Shown in pieces: positions 47,693 to 57,348 of a DNA stretch of 64,000 nucleotides. Location: assembly GCA_965221125.1 (NCBI GenBank), contig CBDCRW010000006.1:384001-448000 (forward strand). The letters run 5' to 3'. This DNA comes from Alphaproteobacteria bacterium (GTDB lineage Bacteria; Pseudomonadota; Alphaproteobacteria; UBA828). A program made the position numbers and the translations under genes. Position 1 is the stretch's first letter. Each line of letters opens with the position of its first letter. Below the pieces are notes generated by a model. It saw only the letters and a list, made by a program, of their open reading frames with translations, ran no database searches and was not told the origin of the DNA.

Positions 47693-47838
47693 AGCGTATC
47701 CGTGTTACACGGATACGCTCTATGCCTCTATCGCTCACGGCAGCTGGCCTGCGGCCAGCGCCTGCGCGGGCGCGCCGCATTCGCGGCGGGCCGCTGTCGC
47801 GGCCTGTCGCGCGTCCGTACATGACGGACGCTCTCTGA
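47690..47838. repeat. Palindromic intergenic repeat, copy 3
   Basis: Perfect CATAGAGCGTATCCGTG/CACGGATACGCTCTATG hairpin; core TATCGCTCACGGCAGC; terminal CGTCCGT/ACGGACG hairpin. Confidence 0.85.
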
Positions 47839-47859
47839 ACCAATGCACGGGAGACTCCG

Positions 47860-49674
47860 ATGCCACTGAACGACACCGTGCACCGGGTGACCGAGCGCAT
47901 CCGCGCAAGGAGCCGGAGCGCGCGCACCGACTATCTCGCGCGCATGGCCCGCGCCGCCGACGCGGGGCCGGGCCGCGCCCATCTCTCCTGCGGCAATTTG
48001 GCGCACGCCTTCGCGGCGAGCCCCGAGGCCGACAAGGCGCGCCAGGCCGAAGCCTCTGCCGGCAACATCGGCATCGTCACCGCCTACAACGACATGCTCT
48101 CGGCCCACCAGCCGTTCGCGGGCTATCCCGCGCTGATCCGCGACGCGGCGCGGAAGGCGGGCGGCACCGCCCAGGTCGCGGGCGGCGTGCCGGCAATGTG
48201 TGACGGCGTGACCCAGGGCCAGCCGGGCATGGAGCTCTCGCTCTTCAGCCGGGACGTGATCGCGCTCGCGGCCGGCGTGGCGCTCTCGCACAACTGCTTC
48301 GACGCCGCGCTCTTCCTCGGCGTCTGCGACAAGATCGTGCCCGGCCTGGTGATCGCAGCGGCCACCTTCGGCCACGTCCCGGCGGTCTTCGTGCCGGCGG
48401 GGCCGATGCCCTCGGGCCTGCCCAACGACGAGAAGGCCGCCGTGCGCGAGCGCTTCGCCCAGGGCGAGATCGGCCGGGACGCGCTGATGGCGGCGGAGAT
48501 GGCGTCCTACCACGGGCCGGGCACCTGCACCTTCTACGGCACGGCGAACTCCAACCAGATGCTGATGGAGTTCATGGGCCTGCACCTGCCGGGCGCGAGC
48601 TTCGTCAACCCCGGCACGCCGCTCCGGGACGCGCTGACCCGGGCGGCGGCGCGCCGCGCGCTGGAAATCACCGCGGGCGGCAACGCCTACACGCCCGTGA
48701 GCGCAGTGCTCGACGAGCGCGCCTTCGTCAACGGCATGGTCGGCCTCCATGCCACGGGGGGCTCGACCAACCTGACCCTGCATCTCGTGGCGATGGCCCG
48801 CGCCGCCGGCGTGCTGATCGAGTGGAGCGACATGGCCGAGCTTTCAGCCGTCACGCCGCTGATGGCGCAGGTCTATCCCAACGGGCTGGCGGACGTGAAC
48901 CACTTCCACGCCGCCGGCGGTCTCGGCTTCCTGATCGGCGAGCTGCTCGACGCCGGTCTGCTGCACGGCGACGTGCGCACCGTCGCGGGCGACGGGCTGG
49001 CCCGCTACACGCAGGAGCCCGTGCTGGGCGAGGGCGGGCTCGAATGGCGCGAGGGCGCGCGCGCCAGCCTGAACGAAAAAATCCTGCGCCCAGCGGCCGA
49101 TCCCTTCCAGCCGAGCGGCGGGCTCGCCGTGCTGAGCGGCAATCTCGGCCGGGCGGTGATCAAGACCTCGGCGGTCAAGCCCGAGCGTCACGTCGTCGAG
49201 GCTCCGGCCCGCGTCTTCCACGATCAGGACGAGGTGAAGGCCGCGTTCCGCAATGGCGTGCTGGAGCGCGACTTCGTCTGCGTGCTGCGCTTCCAGGGGC
49301 CGCAGGCCAACGGCATGCCCGAGCTGCACGCGCTGACGCCGGTGCTGGGCAGCCTGCAGGAGCGCGGCTTCCGCGTGGCGCTGGTCACGGACGGGCGCAT
49401 GTCCGGCGCGTCCGGCAAGGTGCCCGCGGCTATCCACGTCACGCCTGAGGCCGCAGCGGGCGGGCCGATCGCGCGGGTCCGCGACGGCGACGTGATCCGG
49501 CTCGACGCCACGGCGGGCCGGCTCGACGTGCTCGTGGACGCGGCGGCGTTCGCCGCCCGCGCGCCGGCCGAGGCCGACCTCTCGGCCAACGCCAGCGGCA
49601 TCGGGCGCGAGCTTTTCACCGCCTTCCGCAGCCACGTCGGCCCGGCGGAATCGGGCGCCGCGGTGGTTGTCTAG
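47860..49674 (+). CDS. edd: Phosphogluconate dehydratase
   Basis: [45 protein letters not shown]. Confidence 0.96.
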   Translation: MPLNDTVHRVTERIRARSRSARTDYLARMARAADAGPGRAHLSCGNLAHAFAASPEADKARQAEASAGNIGIVTAYNDMLSAHQPFAGYPALIRDAARKAGGTAQVAGGVPAMCDGVTQGQPGMELSLFSRDVIALAAGVALSHNCFDAALFLGVCDKIVPGLVIAAATFGHVPAVFVPAGPMPSGLPNDEKAAVRERFAQGEIGRDALMAAEMASYHGPGTCTFYGTANSNQMLMEFMGLHLPGASFVNPGTPLRDALTRAAARRALEITAGGNAYTPVSAVLDERAFVNGMVGLHATGGSTNLTLHLVAMARAAGVLIEWSDMAELSAVTPLMAQVYPNGLADVNHFHAAGGLGFLIGELLDAGLLHGDVRTVAGDGLARYTQEPVLGEGGLEWREGARASLNEKILRPAADPFQPSGGLAVLSGNLGRAVIKTSAVKPERHVVEAPARVFHDQDEVKAAFRNGVLERDFVCVLRFQGPQANGMPELHALTPVLGSLQERGFRVALVTDGRMSGASGKVPAAIHVTPEAAAGGPIARVRDGDVIRLDATAGRLDVLVDAAAFAARAPAEADLSANASGIGRELFTAFRSHVGPAESGAAVVV

Positions 49675-49704
49675 CCGCTCTCGCGCGGTGCGCCGAGCGA
49701 GCGG

Positions 49705-51639
49705 CTATTCGAATGTCCGGAGGCGCGCGAGGAGCTGCGCGATCTCGGCGTCGCTCACGTGCGCCGGGCGGTACCAGGAGCGCTCCGACGCGCTCGCGAT
49801 TTCTTGGCGGTCCGCCGGCGAGTCGGGGACGAAGCCGATCCAGAGTTCGCTCATCTCGTCCGTGGTCTCCCAGCCCCAGGTCACGGTCTCGGGCTCCAGC
49901 GCCGGGTTCTGGGGATTGTCCGCCGTGTTGTCGTAGCGGACCCAGGCGTCGATGCGGCTGCCAGCCGGCAGGTGGACCGGCTCCCGGTAGGCGTATGTGT
50001 TCTGCCAGCGGAAATCCCAGTCGGCGATGCGGACGAGGGGCGTCTCGCTGCCGTCGGGGAGCGTGGCTACGGCGATGAACTCGCGGCCGAGGAAGTGCAT
50101 GTGGGGGGTGACATCGGTGAGCGTCATGCCGGCCGGCACGTCCATGGAGAAGCGCCGCCAATAATTCTCCTCGCCTGGCGGAATGCGCAGGTCCTGCGTG
50201 CCGATGACCACGCCGTCGACGTAGCGGCTGACCGGCTCATCGGCGAAGTAGAGGCCCACCTCGCTCCGGTCGGTGGTGGCCTTGCCGTTCAGGTGGTAGT
50301 GCACCTCCAGCACCAGGTCGCCGCCCTTGGGCAGCCACATGCCGAGGCCCTTGTCGAGGACGTAGGGGTCCACGCCGGGCGCCCAGCCGCCGATGCCCCA
50401 GGCGTTGTAGTCGAGGAACGCGCCGGTGCCGAAGACCGAGAAGCCGTGCTCCGCGTCCTTCGCATCCTCCGCCCGCACGGCGCCGCTGTAGTCCATGAGG
50501 TAGTTGGCGTGGTGCACCACCTTGGCGTCGCCGGGGCTGAAGTCGAGGGCCGTCACCACCTTGTCGTGCGCGAATCCGGTCGGGATGACGAAGTAGCGGT
50601 AGATGTCGTCCCCGTCCGCCGGCACCTCGAAGGGCTCGGCCATGCTGAGAACCAGGTCGGGCTCGCCCAGGCGCCACTTGGAGCGGGAGCGGACGGAGGC
50701 CGGCATGGTGTCCTCGGCATCGCCCAGCCGGGCGCCGGTCTCCGACCACGAGGCCAGCAGCGCGATCTGGTGGTCGCTGAGGCGGCGCGCGTCGCGGAAC
50801 GCGCCGAAGCCGGACACCGCCCGCCACGGCGGCATCAGGCGCTCGCCGGCCATGAAGGAGACCATGCGGTGCCAGCGCTTCGCGTTGTCATGGCCTTCGA
50901 GGGAGAAGGGGGCGATGCCGCCCTGCCGGTGGCACTCGACGCAGTTGGCTTCCAGCAGCGGCGCGATGTGGCGGTTGTAGGTGACTTCGGCCGATCCCGT
51001 GCCGGCCCGGCTCCAGTCGTGGTGGAAGCAGCCGACGGCCTCGGTGGCGTAGGGCTCGGGCTGGCCGCCGGCGGCCATCGCCTCGATCACGGTGCGCAGG
51101 TCGTGCGCGCCGATCCGCGTGCGCAGTTTGCCGACGGCGGCGAAGCGGTCGTCGATGCGGCCCCGGTAGACGATGCGGTCGGCGGTGGAGATCACGAAGG
51201 CCTCCGACATCACGCGGGGGCCGAGGCGGAGCGCCAGATCGCCGGCGCTGTCCAGAATGACCGGGAACGCGATCCCGAAATCGTCCACGAAGTCCGCGCC
51301 CGCCTGCCAGGTGATGGCGGGGTTCGACAGGATTCCGTAGAGCGCCGCGCCGTGCGCCTCCGCCTCGGCGTGGAGCGCGTTGAGCGTCGGCACGTAGCGC
51401 GTGACGACCGGGCAGGCGGTGTCGAGAAACACCAGCACCGCCGGCTGCACCTTGCCCGTGGCGACGCCGATCCTGTGGTGGTGGCCCTTCACGTCGACGA
51501 CGCGAACGCCGATCAGATCGACCGCATCGCCCGGTCCCGGCGCCGCGACGGCGGCGAGCGGCGGCGCTGCCGCCAACAGGCAGGCGAGAACGAGCAGGAC
51601 GCGAAGTCTCTTCGCGATGGCGGCCATCGTGGTCTTCAT
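49705..51639 (-). CDS. Exported redoxin + cytochrome c + type II copper monooxygenase-like fusion protein
   Basis: Signal peptide; thioredoxin-like FLDTACP...YRGRIDD...AVGC; CVECH heme motif; VVHH, EVHYH, PHMH, WDFRWQ, DEM. Confidence 0.8.
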   Translation of the reverse strand: MKTTMAAIAKRLRVLLVLACLLAAAPPLAAVAAPGPGDAVDLIGVRVVDVKGHHHRIGVATGKVQPAVLVFLDTACPVVTRYVPTLNALHAEAEAHGAALYGILSNPAITWQAGADFVDDFGIAFPVILDSAGDLALRLGPRVMSEAFVISTADRIVYRGRIDDRFAAVGKLRTRIGAHDLRTVIEAMAAGGQPEPYATEAVGCFHHDWSRAGTGSAEVTYNRHIAPLLEANCVECHRQGGIAPFSLEGHDNAKRWHRMVSFMAGERLMPPWRAVSGFGAFRDARRLSDHQIALLASWSETGARLGDAEDTMPASVRSRSKWRLGEPDLVLSMAEPFEVPADGDDIYRYFVIPTGFAHDKVVTALDFSPGDAKVVHHANYLMDYSGAVRAEDAKDAEHGFSVFGTGAFLDYNAWGIGGWAPGVDPYVLDKGLGMWLPKGGDLVLEVHYHLNGKATTDRSEVGLYFADEPVSRYVDGVVIGTQDLRIPPGEENYWRRFSMDVPAGMTLTDVTPHMHFLGREFIAVATLPDGSETPLVRIADWDFRWQNTYAYREPVHLPAGSRIDAWVRYDNTADNPQNPALEPETVTWGWETTDEMSELWIGFVPDSPADRQEIASASERSWYRPAHVSDAEIAQLLARLRTFE

Positions 51640-52187
51640 GGGCCCAATCCTTTGAGCAATGTGCGGAGCGCGAGGTCGGCAGCGTGCGCCGGTGCGAGGC
51701 TTCCCGCCGCCACCTCGGACCAGGCGAGCCAGACCTGCGCGTCGATGTTGGCGACCGCCCAGGAGCGCGGCACGTCCGCCGCGATCACGCCGTCGGCCTT
51801 CAGCTCGTCCACCAGGTGACCGAGCCAGTCGAGTTCCTCGGCGTAGCGCTTGCGCACGCTCTCGTCGTCGACGGCCTCCGACACCAGGAAGTGATAGCGA
51901 TCGCCGAGTGGCACCACCGCCTCCAGCATGCGCGAGAGGCGCTGCTGCGCCGTCTGCGCGTCGGCGAGTGCTGCAGAGGTCGCGGCATCGATCTCGTCCA
52001 TGCACTGCGCAGACGCGGCGGCGATGAGATCGGCGCGGGACGGGAAGTGGCGGTGCAGGCTCGCCCGGCCTGCGCCCGCGCGGCTCGCGATCTCTGAGAG
52101 GGACGCGCCGGGATCGCGCGCGAGCGTGTCGATGGCCGCGTCGAGTATGGCCTGGCGCATCGGGGCGCGGAGCGGGCGCTCAGTCAT
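51636..52187 (-). CDS. TetR family regulator
   Basis: ASLSEIASRAGAGRASLHRHFPSR; stop overlaps the start of the downstream gene. Confidence 0.9.
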   Translation of the reverse strand: MTERPLRAPMRQAILDAAIDTLARDPGASLSEIASRAGAGRASLHRHFPSRADLIAAASAQCMDEIDAATSAALADAQTAQQRLSRMLEAVVPLGDRYHFLVSEAVDDESVRKRYAEELDWLGHLVDELKADGVIAADVPRSWAVANIDAQVWLAWSEVAAGSLAPAHAADLALRTLLKGLGP

Positions 52188-52312
52188 GGCATTGCTCGAG
52201 CCGGCGGGCGCGCAACCCGGCATGCGCGCCCGCCGGCGGCGTGGGGATCGACGGACCGACGCTTGCTGATGCGGACACGGGAATGAGGGCCTTTCCTGGA
52301 GCGATGGAGAGA

Positions 52313-52340
52313 ATGATACAACACTGTCTCATATGAGACA
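52313..52340. promoter_or_regulatory. Putative TetR operator
   Basis: Perfect 16-bp palindrome TGTCTCATATGAGACA (52325-52340) plus overlapping ATGATACA-N4-TGTCTCAT, in the AT-rich region upstream of tetR. Confidence 0.65.
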
Positions 52341-52527
52341 AGATATAATATTCCGATCCGCCGCGGCCCATTCACTACCCGGACGGCATCGAAGTCACCC
52401 CTTCCTGTACGATCCGAGGGGCGCCGAGCCGAGCTGCCGGGGCTCGCTTGACCGCCCTATCCACGCTCGCTACCGTCGAATCGAGCGCTGAAGGACGGGA
52501 TCGAACGAGCGTAGCGGGGGGCTGAGC

Positions 52528-53427
52528 ATGTCAGGCGGGTGTGTCCACATAGGCGGCGAATTCGTCGAGCTCGACGACGCCAAGATGTCGATCTTCGACA
52601 CCGGGTTCCTGCACAGCGACGTGGTCTACGACGTCACCACGTCCTGGAAGGGCTACATCTTCAAGCTCTACGAGCACCTGGAACGCTTCTCGGCGTCCTG
52701 CGCCGGCTTCCACCTGACCAATCCCTATTCCATCGACGAGACCGCCCGCCTGCTGGCGGAGTGCGTGCGCCGCGCAGGGGCGGACGACGGCAGCTACATC
52801 CACATGCACGTCACCCGCGGGCTGTATCCCGAGGGCTCGCGCGACCCCAGGCTCTGCGAGAACCAGTTCGTCTGCTACGCGGTCCCCTACGTGTGGCTGT
52901 GGGGCGAGGAGAAGTCGAAGGCCGGCGTCAACCTGCACCTCGCGAATACCGAGCGGATTTCCAGCAAGGCCGTCGATGCCCGCTACAAGAACTTCCACTG
53001 GGCCGACCTGATCCAGTCGCAGTACGAAGCGTACGAACTGGGCCGGGACGATTCGGTACTGTGCGGGCCCGACGGCAACCTCGCGGAGGGGCCGGGCTAC
53101 AACATCTGGGTGGTGAAGAACGGGGTGTGCGCCACGCCCGATGCGAACTGCCTGCTCGGCATGTCGCGCAAGTCGGCGATCGAGCTGTGCGAGGTGGAGG
53201 GGATCCCGTGCGAGACGCGGGCCGTTCACCCGGACGAGCTGCGAGGCGCCGACGAGGCGTTCGTGACCTCGTCTGCCGGCGGGATCATGCCGGTGACGGC
53301 GATCGACGACAGACCGCTCGGCAACGGCGCGCCGGGCATGCTTACCTCGCGCCTCATGAACAGCTACTGGCGCAAGCGTGAAGAGGGCTGGTGCGGCACC
53401 AGGATCGACGACCTGCTCGCCGCGTGA
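52528..53427 (+). CDS. Fold-type IV aminotransferase, (R)-amine transaminase-like
   Basis: DTGFLHSDVVYDV, YKNFHWADL, EGPGYN, LLGMSR, SSAGG. Confidence 0.85.
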   Translation: MSGGCVHIGGEFVELDDAKMSIFDTGFLHSDVVYDVTTSWKGYIFKLYEHLERFSASCAGFHLTNPYSIDETARLLAECVRRAGADDGSYIHMHVTRGLYPEGSRDPRLCENQFVCYAVPYVWLWGEEKSKAGVNLHLANTERISSKAVDARYKNFHWADLIQSQYEAYELGRDDSVLCGPDGNLAEGPGYNIWVVKNGVCATPDANCLLGMSRKSAIELCEVEGIPCETRAVHPDELRGADEAFVTSSAGGIMPVTAIDDRPLGNGAPGMLTSRLMNSYWRKREEGWCGTRIDDLLAA

Positions 53428-53449
53428 AGACTGGCCGACCGCCCGGGCG

Positions 53450-54382
53450 CTAGGCGCTTGCCGCCTGCTCCTCCTCGGGCTCGAGGAGGTCGGCGACCGG
53501 GGTCGCGTGCCAGCCGTCGGCACGCTTCGACCAGTAGAGGTCGGAGAGCCGGCCGGTGGTGATGCCCGGCGCGCCGTTGCCGATGGGCTTGTCGTTCACG
53601 CGCACGACCGCCATGACGCCCCCGCCGGACGACGAGATGAACGCCTCGTTGGCGCCCTCCAGGTCTTCGGCCGTGAGATCCGCCGCCTCGGCCGCCATGC
53701 CGACCTCCTGGCAGAGGTCGAACACGGTCTTGCGGGTAATGCCCTCCAGCAGGTTGTCGCCGGGGGTGAGCGCCTTGCCGTCGCGCACGATCCAGACGTT
53801 GAAGCCGGGGCCTTCGGTCAGGTAGCCGTCGGTGGAGAGAAGCACCGGCTGGTCCGCGCCGTTGTCCAGCGCCTCGAAGTGGGCGGCGGTGAGGTCCATG
53901 CGGTTGAAGTTCTTGCAGCGCTGGTTGATGGCGGCGTCCGGCGCGCGGCGGTTCTGGGCGATCCAGAGATGCGCGCCCGCCTTCACCTTGGGCTCCGGCA
54001 CGATGGTGTAGTAGGGCACCGCGTAGGCGATCAGCTCGTTCTCGGACGAGCGCGGGTCGCCGAAGGCGGCCCCGCCGGCGTAGAGCCCTCGGGTGCACAG
54101 CACGTAGACGATCGAATCCTTGAAGCCCGAACGGTGGGCGCACTGCGCCATGACCTGCCTGATTTCCAAGTCCGGCATCGGCGGCGTGAGGCGGACGTGC
54201 GCGCAGGAATCGTGGAAGCGCTGCATGTGATCGTCGAGGCGGAAGAACACGCCGTCGCAGACCGTGACGGCGTCGAACACCACGTCCGACTTGTGGAAGG
54301 CCGGGTCGAGGATCGGTATCGACGCCTCCTCGATCGGCATGTAGCGACCCTGGCAGTAGGCGATTCCCTTCGATTCCGACAT
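53450..54382 (-). CDS. Fold-type IV aminotransferase
   Basis: DPAFHKSDVVFD, FFRLDDH, CKNFNRMDL, EGPGFN, LEGITR, SSGGG. Confidence 0.85.
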   Translation of the reverse strand: MSESKGIAYCQGRYMPIEEASIPILDPAFHKSDVVFDAVTVCDGVFFRLDDHMQRFHDSCAHVRLTPPMPDLEIRQVMAQCAHRSGFKDSIVYVLCTRGLYAGGAAFGDPRSSENELIAYAVPYYTIVPEPKVKAGAHLWIAQNRRAPDAAINQRCKNFNRMDLTAAHFEALDNGADQPVLLSTDGYLTEGPGFNVWIVRDGKALTPGDNLLEGITRKTVFDLCQEVGMAAEAADLTAEDLEGANEAFISSSGGGVMAVVRVNDKPIGNGAPGITTGRLSDLYWSKRADGWHATPVADLLEPEEEQAASA

Positions 54383-54614
54383 GGCTGCGGCCTCCCCGGC
54401 GGCGTTGGCGGTCTGGCGCGGACGGTAAGGGGCCATGGCCCCTCGCGTCAATGTCTCGCGTTCGGTCCGGGCCGCCGGCGATCAAATTCGCGCGCGTGCC
54501 GTGCCAAGCGCAGAATAAAATGGGGAGACGGCGCGGAAGCCGCTATGATGCAGCCCCAAAGGAAGCGGAAAACCCGCCGAAGCGCCCAATTCACAGGAAA
54601 CAAGTTGGTCAACC

Positions 54615-55163
54615 ATGTCAGAAATCAGTGCACCGCCTAGCGAAGGCACGTCAATCACGGCCCAGGTCAAGTGGTTCAACCCGACCAAGGGCTTCGGCTT
54701 TCTCGTGCCCGACGACGGCTCGCCCGATGTCTTTTGCCATGTCTCGGCGGTCGAGCGTGCGGGTTTCGACACGCTGCCCCAAGGGGCCACCGTCAAGTGC
54801 GAGATCGTGCAGGGACAGAAGGGCCCGCAGGTCTCGCAAATCCAGGACGTCGACACGTCGACCGCGACCGTCATGCCGCCGAGGGGCGACCGGCCACGCC
54901 GCCCAGGCCCCGGCGGCTTCGAGAGCCGGCGCTTCAACGAGCCGATGGGTCCGACCGAGGAAATCGAGGGCACGGTCAAGTTCTACAACGTGGGCAAGAG
55001 CTACGGCTTCGTCACGCCGGACAGCGGCGGGCAGGACGTGTTCATCCATGCCAAGGTGCTTGCCCGCTCCGGCCTCGACGATCTGGAGCCTCAGCAGCGC
55101 GTGCGGCTGATGATCACGCAGGGGCCGCGCGGGCCGCAGGCGACCAGCATCGAGCTGATCTGA
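54615..55163 (+). CDS. Cold-shock protein with two CSD domains
   Basis: [12 protein letters not shown]...DVFCH and [12 protein letters not shown]...DVFIH. Confidence 0.92.
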   Translation: MSEISAPPSEGTSITAQVKWFNPTKGFGFLVPDDGSPDVFCHVSAVERAGFDTLPQGATVKCEIVQGQKGPQVSQIQDVDTSTATVMPPRGDRPRRPGPGGFESRRFNEPMGPTEEIEGTVKFYNVGKSYGFVTPDSGGQDVFIHAKVLARSGLDDLEPQQRVRLMITQGPRGPQATSIELI

Positions 55164-55223
55164 GGCCGCTCGCCATCGGCGAGCATTTGCTTGCGGCAGC
55201 CGGTGCGGGTTGCGGCGACCCGC

Positions 55224-56135
55224 TCACGCGGGCTCTCCGGCCCGGGGAGGGCGGCTGCGCGACTGCACCGAGCCGATCACCATGATGACGAAGGCGGCGA
55301 GCATCAGCGCCGCCGCGGCCCAGACGTAGCCCGAGTGAGTCTCGCCGAAGAAGAGGATGCCCCAGCCGATGCCGCCGACCACGCCGATGATGTTCATGAC
55401 GGAGAAGAGCGAGGCGCCGGCACGGCGGATGATCAGGTAGAACATCGGCCACATGATGGCGTTGATGATGACGGCGCCGATGAGCGAGAGGTCGCCGGCC
55501 AGATCGGGTCCGGGGAAGAGATAGAGCTGGCCGGTCGCGGGCAGGAACGGGATGAGGAGCAGCGCGCCGGCGAAGAGATTGCCGATGGCGAGGCCGAGCG
55601 AGGATGACTCGGGCGGGCGGAAGCGTTCCACGTACACGTTGAGCGCGCCGAACCCTAAGGGGATCAGCAGCGCCACGGCGAACCAGAGCGCCATGCTGGG
55701 CGCGGGCAGGCTCTCGCCCGGCACGACGATGAGCAGGACCCCGGCGATGGCGGTCAGCAGGCCCGCCGCGCTGATCAGGCGGAAGCGGTCGAGCCGGAAG
55801 ATGACCGCAAGCGCATAGGTGAAGACCGGCGTCAGCGTCATCAGCAGCACGACGACGCCGGAGGGTAGCTTGGTCACGACGAAGGCGAGCAGCGCGAACG
55901 GAAAGGCGAAGCCCAGCGCGGCGCTCACGAAGTAGAGCCTGACGTGCGGCAGCGTGAGCCGCGGCAGCTCGCGGCGGACGGCCGCAGGCCCTAGCAGGAT
56001 CAGCCCGGCGCCGAGCGCGTACCAGAACACGTAGGCGAAATTGGGCATGCCCGCGTCGCCCGCGATCTTGTTGACCGGGAACAGCAGGCTGAAGTTGATC
56101 CCGGCGACGAGGATGAGGACGAGCGTAAGGGCCAT
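55224..56135 (-). CDS. DMT/EamA family transporter
   Basis: About 10 hydrophobic segments in a 303-aa protein; LTPVFT, FFGE. Confidence 0.82.
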   Translation of the reverse strand: MALTLVLILVAGINFSLLFPVNKIAGDAGMPNFAYVFWYALGAGLILLGPAAVRRELPRLTLPHVRLYFVSAALGFAFPFALLAFVVTKLPSGVVVLLMTLTPVFTYALAVIFRLDRFRLISAAGLLTAIAGVLLIVVPGESLPAPSMALWFAVALLIPLGFGALNVYVERFRPPESSSLGLAIGNLFAGALLLIPFLPATGQLYLFPGPDLAGDLSLIGAVIINAIMWPMFYLIIRRAGASLFSVMNIIGVVGGIGWGILFFGETHSGYVWAAAALMLAAFVIMVIGSVQSRSRPPRAGEPA

Positions 56136-56158
56136 GACGGGTGTGAGTGCAGGGCGCC

Positions 56159-57340
56159 CTAGTGTCCGCGCCCGGACCCGGCGACGGCCTCGATCAGCCG
56201 CATGACGACCTCGGCGGCGCGCTCGCTGGGCGGTGGGCCGCCGCGGCCGAGCTTGACGGCGATCTCCCGGAAACTCTCGATCTGGTCGCGGCGGCGGTCG
56301 GCATCCCGCAACAGCTGCTCCATCGCCGGCACGAGGCGCTCCGGCGTGCAGTCCTGCTGCAGGAACTCGGGCGCGGCGCGGCGCTCGGCGATGATGTTGG
56401 GCATCGCGACGTGCGGCACCGTGACGATGCGCCACGCGATGGCCGCGGTGATCGGGTTGGCCCGGTAGCAGACGATCATGGGGACGCCCGCGAGCGCGAG
56501 CTCCAGCGTCGCCATGCCGGAGGCGGTGAGAGCAGCGTCGCTCGCGGCGAAGGCGCCGTACTTCTCCGCCTTGCCCTCGATCACGGTGACCGGCGCGCCC
56601 CAGGATGCGGTCTGCGCGGCGACGGTCGCGCGGTTCTGCGGCAGCGTCGGCACGAGGACGCGGAGGCCCTCGATGCGCTTGTGGAGCGTGCGCACGGTCT
56701 CCCCGAACGCGTGCTCGTGCCGGCTGAGCTCGCTGGCGCGGCTGCCGGGCAGGACGGCGATCACGGGCTGCGCGGTCGCGATGCCGTGGCGATCGCGGAA
56801 GCCCGGCCCGTCGGCGTCGGCGATGGGCTCCTCGACCAGGGGGTGGCCGACGAAGCTCGCGTCCAGTCCCTCGGCCTCGAAGTAGGGCGGCTCGAACGGG
56901 AAGAGGCAGAGCACGTGGTCGAGGTAGCGTGCGATCTTCGCCGCGCGCCCCGGCCGGTAGGCCCAGACGGTGGGTGCCACGTAGTGGATCAGGGGGAAGC
57001 CCGCGCCCTTCAACCTGCGCGCGACCCGGAGCGCGAACTCCGGCACGTCGACGGAGACGCAGGCCGCGGGCCGCAGCCGGCGTGCGGTGCGCGCCGTGGC
57101 CCGGATGCGCCGGAGCATGCGCGGCACGTGGGGCACGATCTCCAGGACCCCCATCAGCGAAAGCTCGTCGTAGGGGAACAGGCTCTCCAGCCCCTGCTCG
57201 GCCATGAGCGGGCCGCCGACGCCGGCGAAGCGCACGCCGCCCTGCGTGCGCCGCCTGAGCGCCGCCATCAGGCGGGAGGCGATGAGATCGCCGGACGGCT
57301 CGCCGGCGATCAGGAAGATCAGCGGCGCGTCGCGGACCAT
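56159..57340 (-). CDS. lpxB: Lipid-A-disaccharide synthase
   Basis: AGEPSGD, HYVAPTVWA, LFPFE, FVGHP, LPGSR. Confidence 0.95.
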   Translation of the reverse strand: MVRDAPLIFLIAGEPSGDLIASRLMAALRRRTQGGVRFAGVGGPLMAEQGLESLFPYDELSLMGVLEIVPHVPRMLRRIRATARTARRLRPAACVSVDVPEFALRVARRLKGAGFPLIHYVAPTVWAYRPGRAAKIARYLDHVLCLFPFEPPYFEAEGLDASFVGHPLVEEPIADADGPGFRDRHGIATAQPVIAVLPGSRASELSRHEHAFGETVRTLHKRIEGLRVLVPTLPQNRATVAAQTASWGAPVTVIEGKAEKYGAFAASDAALTASGMATLELALAGVPMIVCYRANPITAAIAWRIVTVPHVAMPNIIAERRAAPEFLQQDCTPERLVPAMEQLLRDADRRRDQIESFREIAVKLGRGGPPPSERAAEVVMRLIEAVAGSGRGH

Positions 57341-57348
57341 GCCGGCCG

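Noticed and set aside
54615-55163. Double cold-shock-domain protein as a novelty
   Set aside because: This architecture is common in Alphaproteobacteria.
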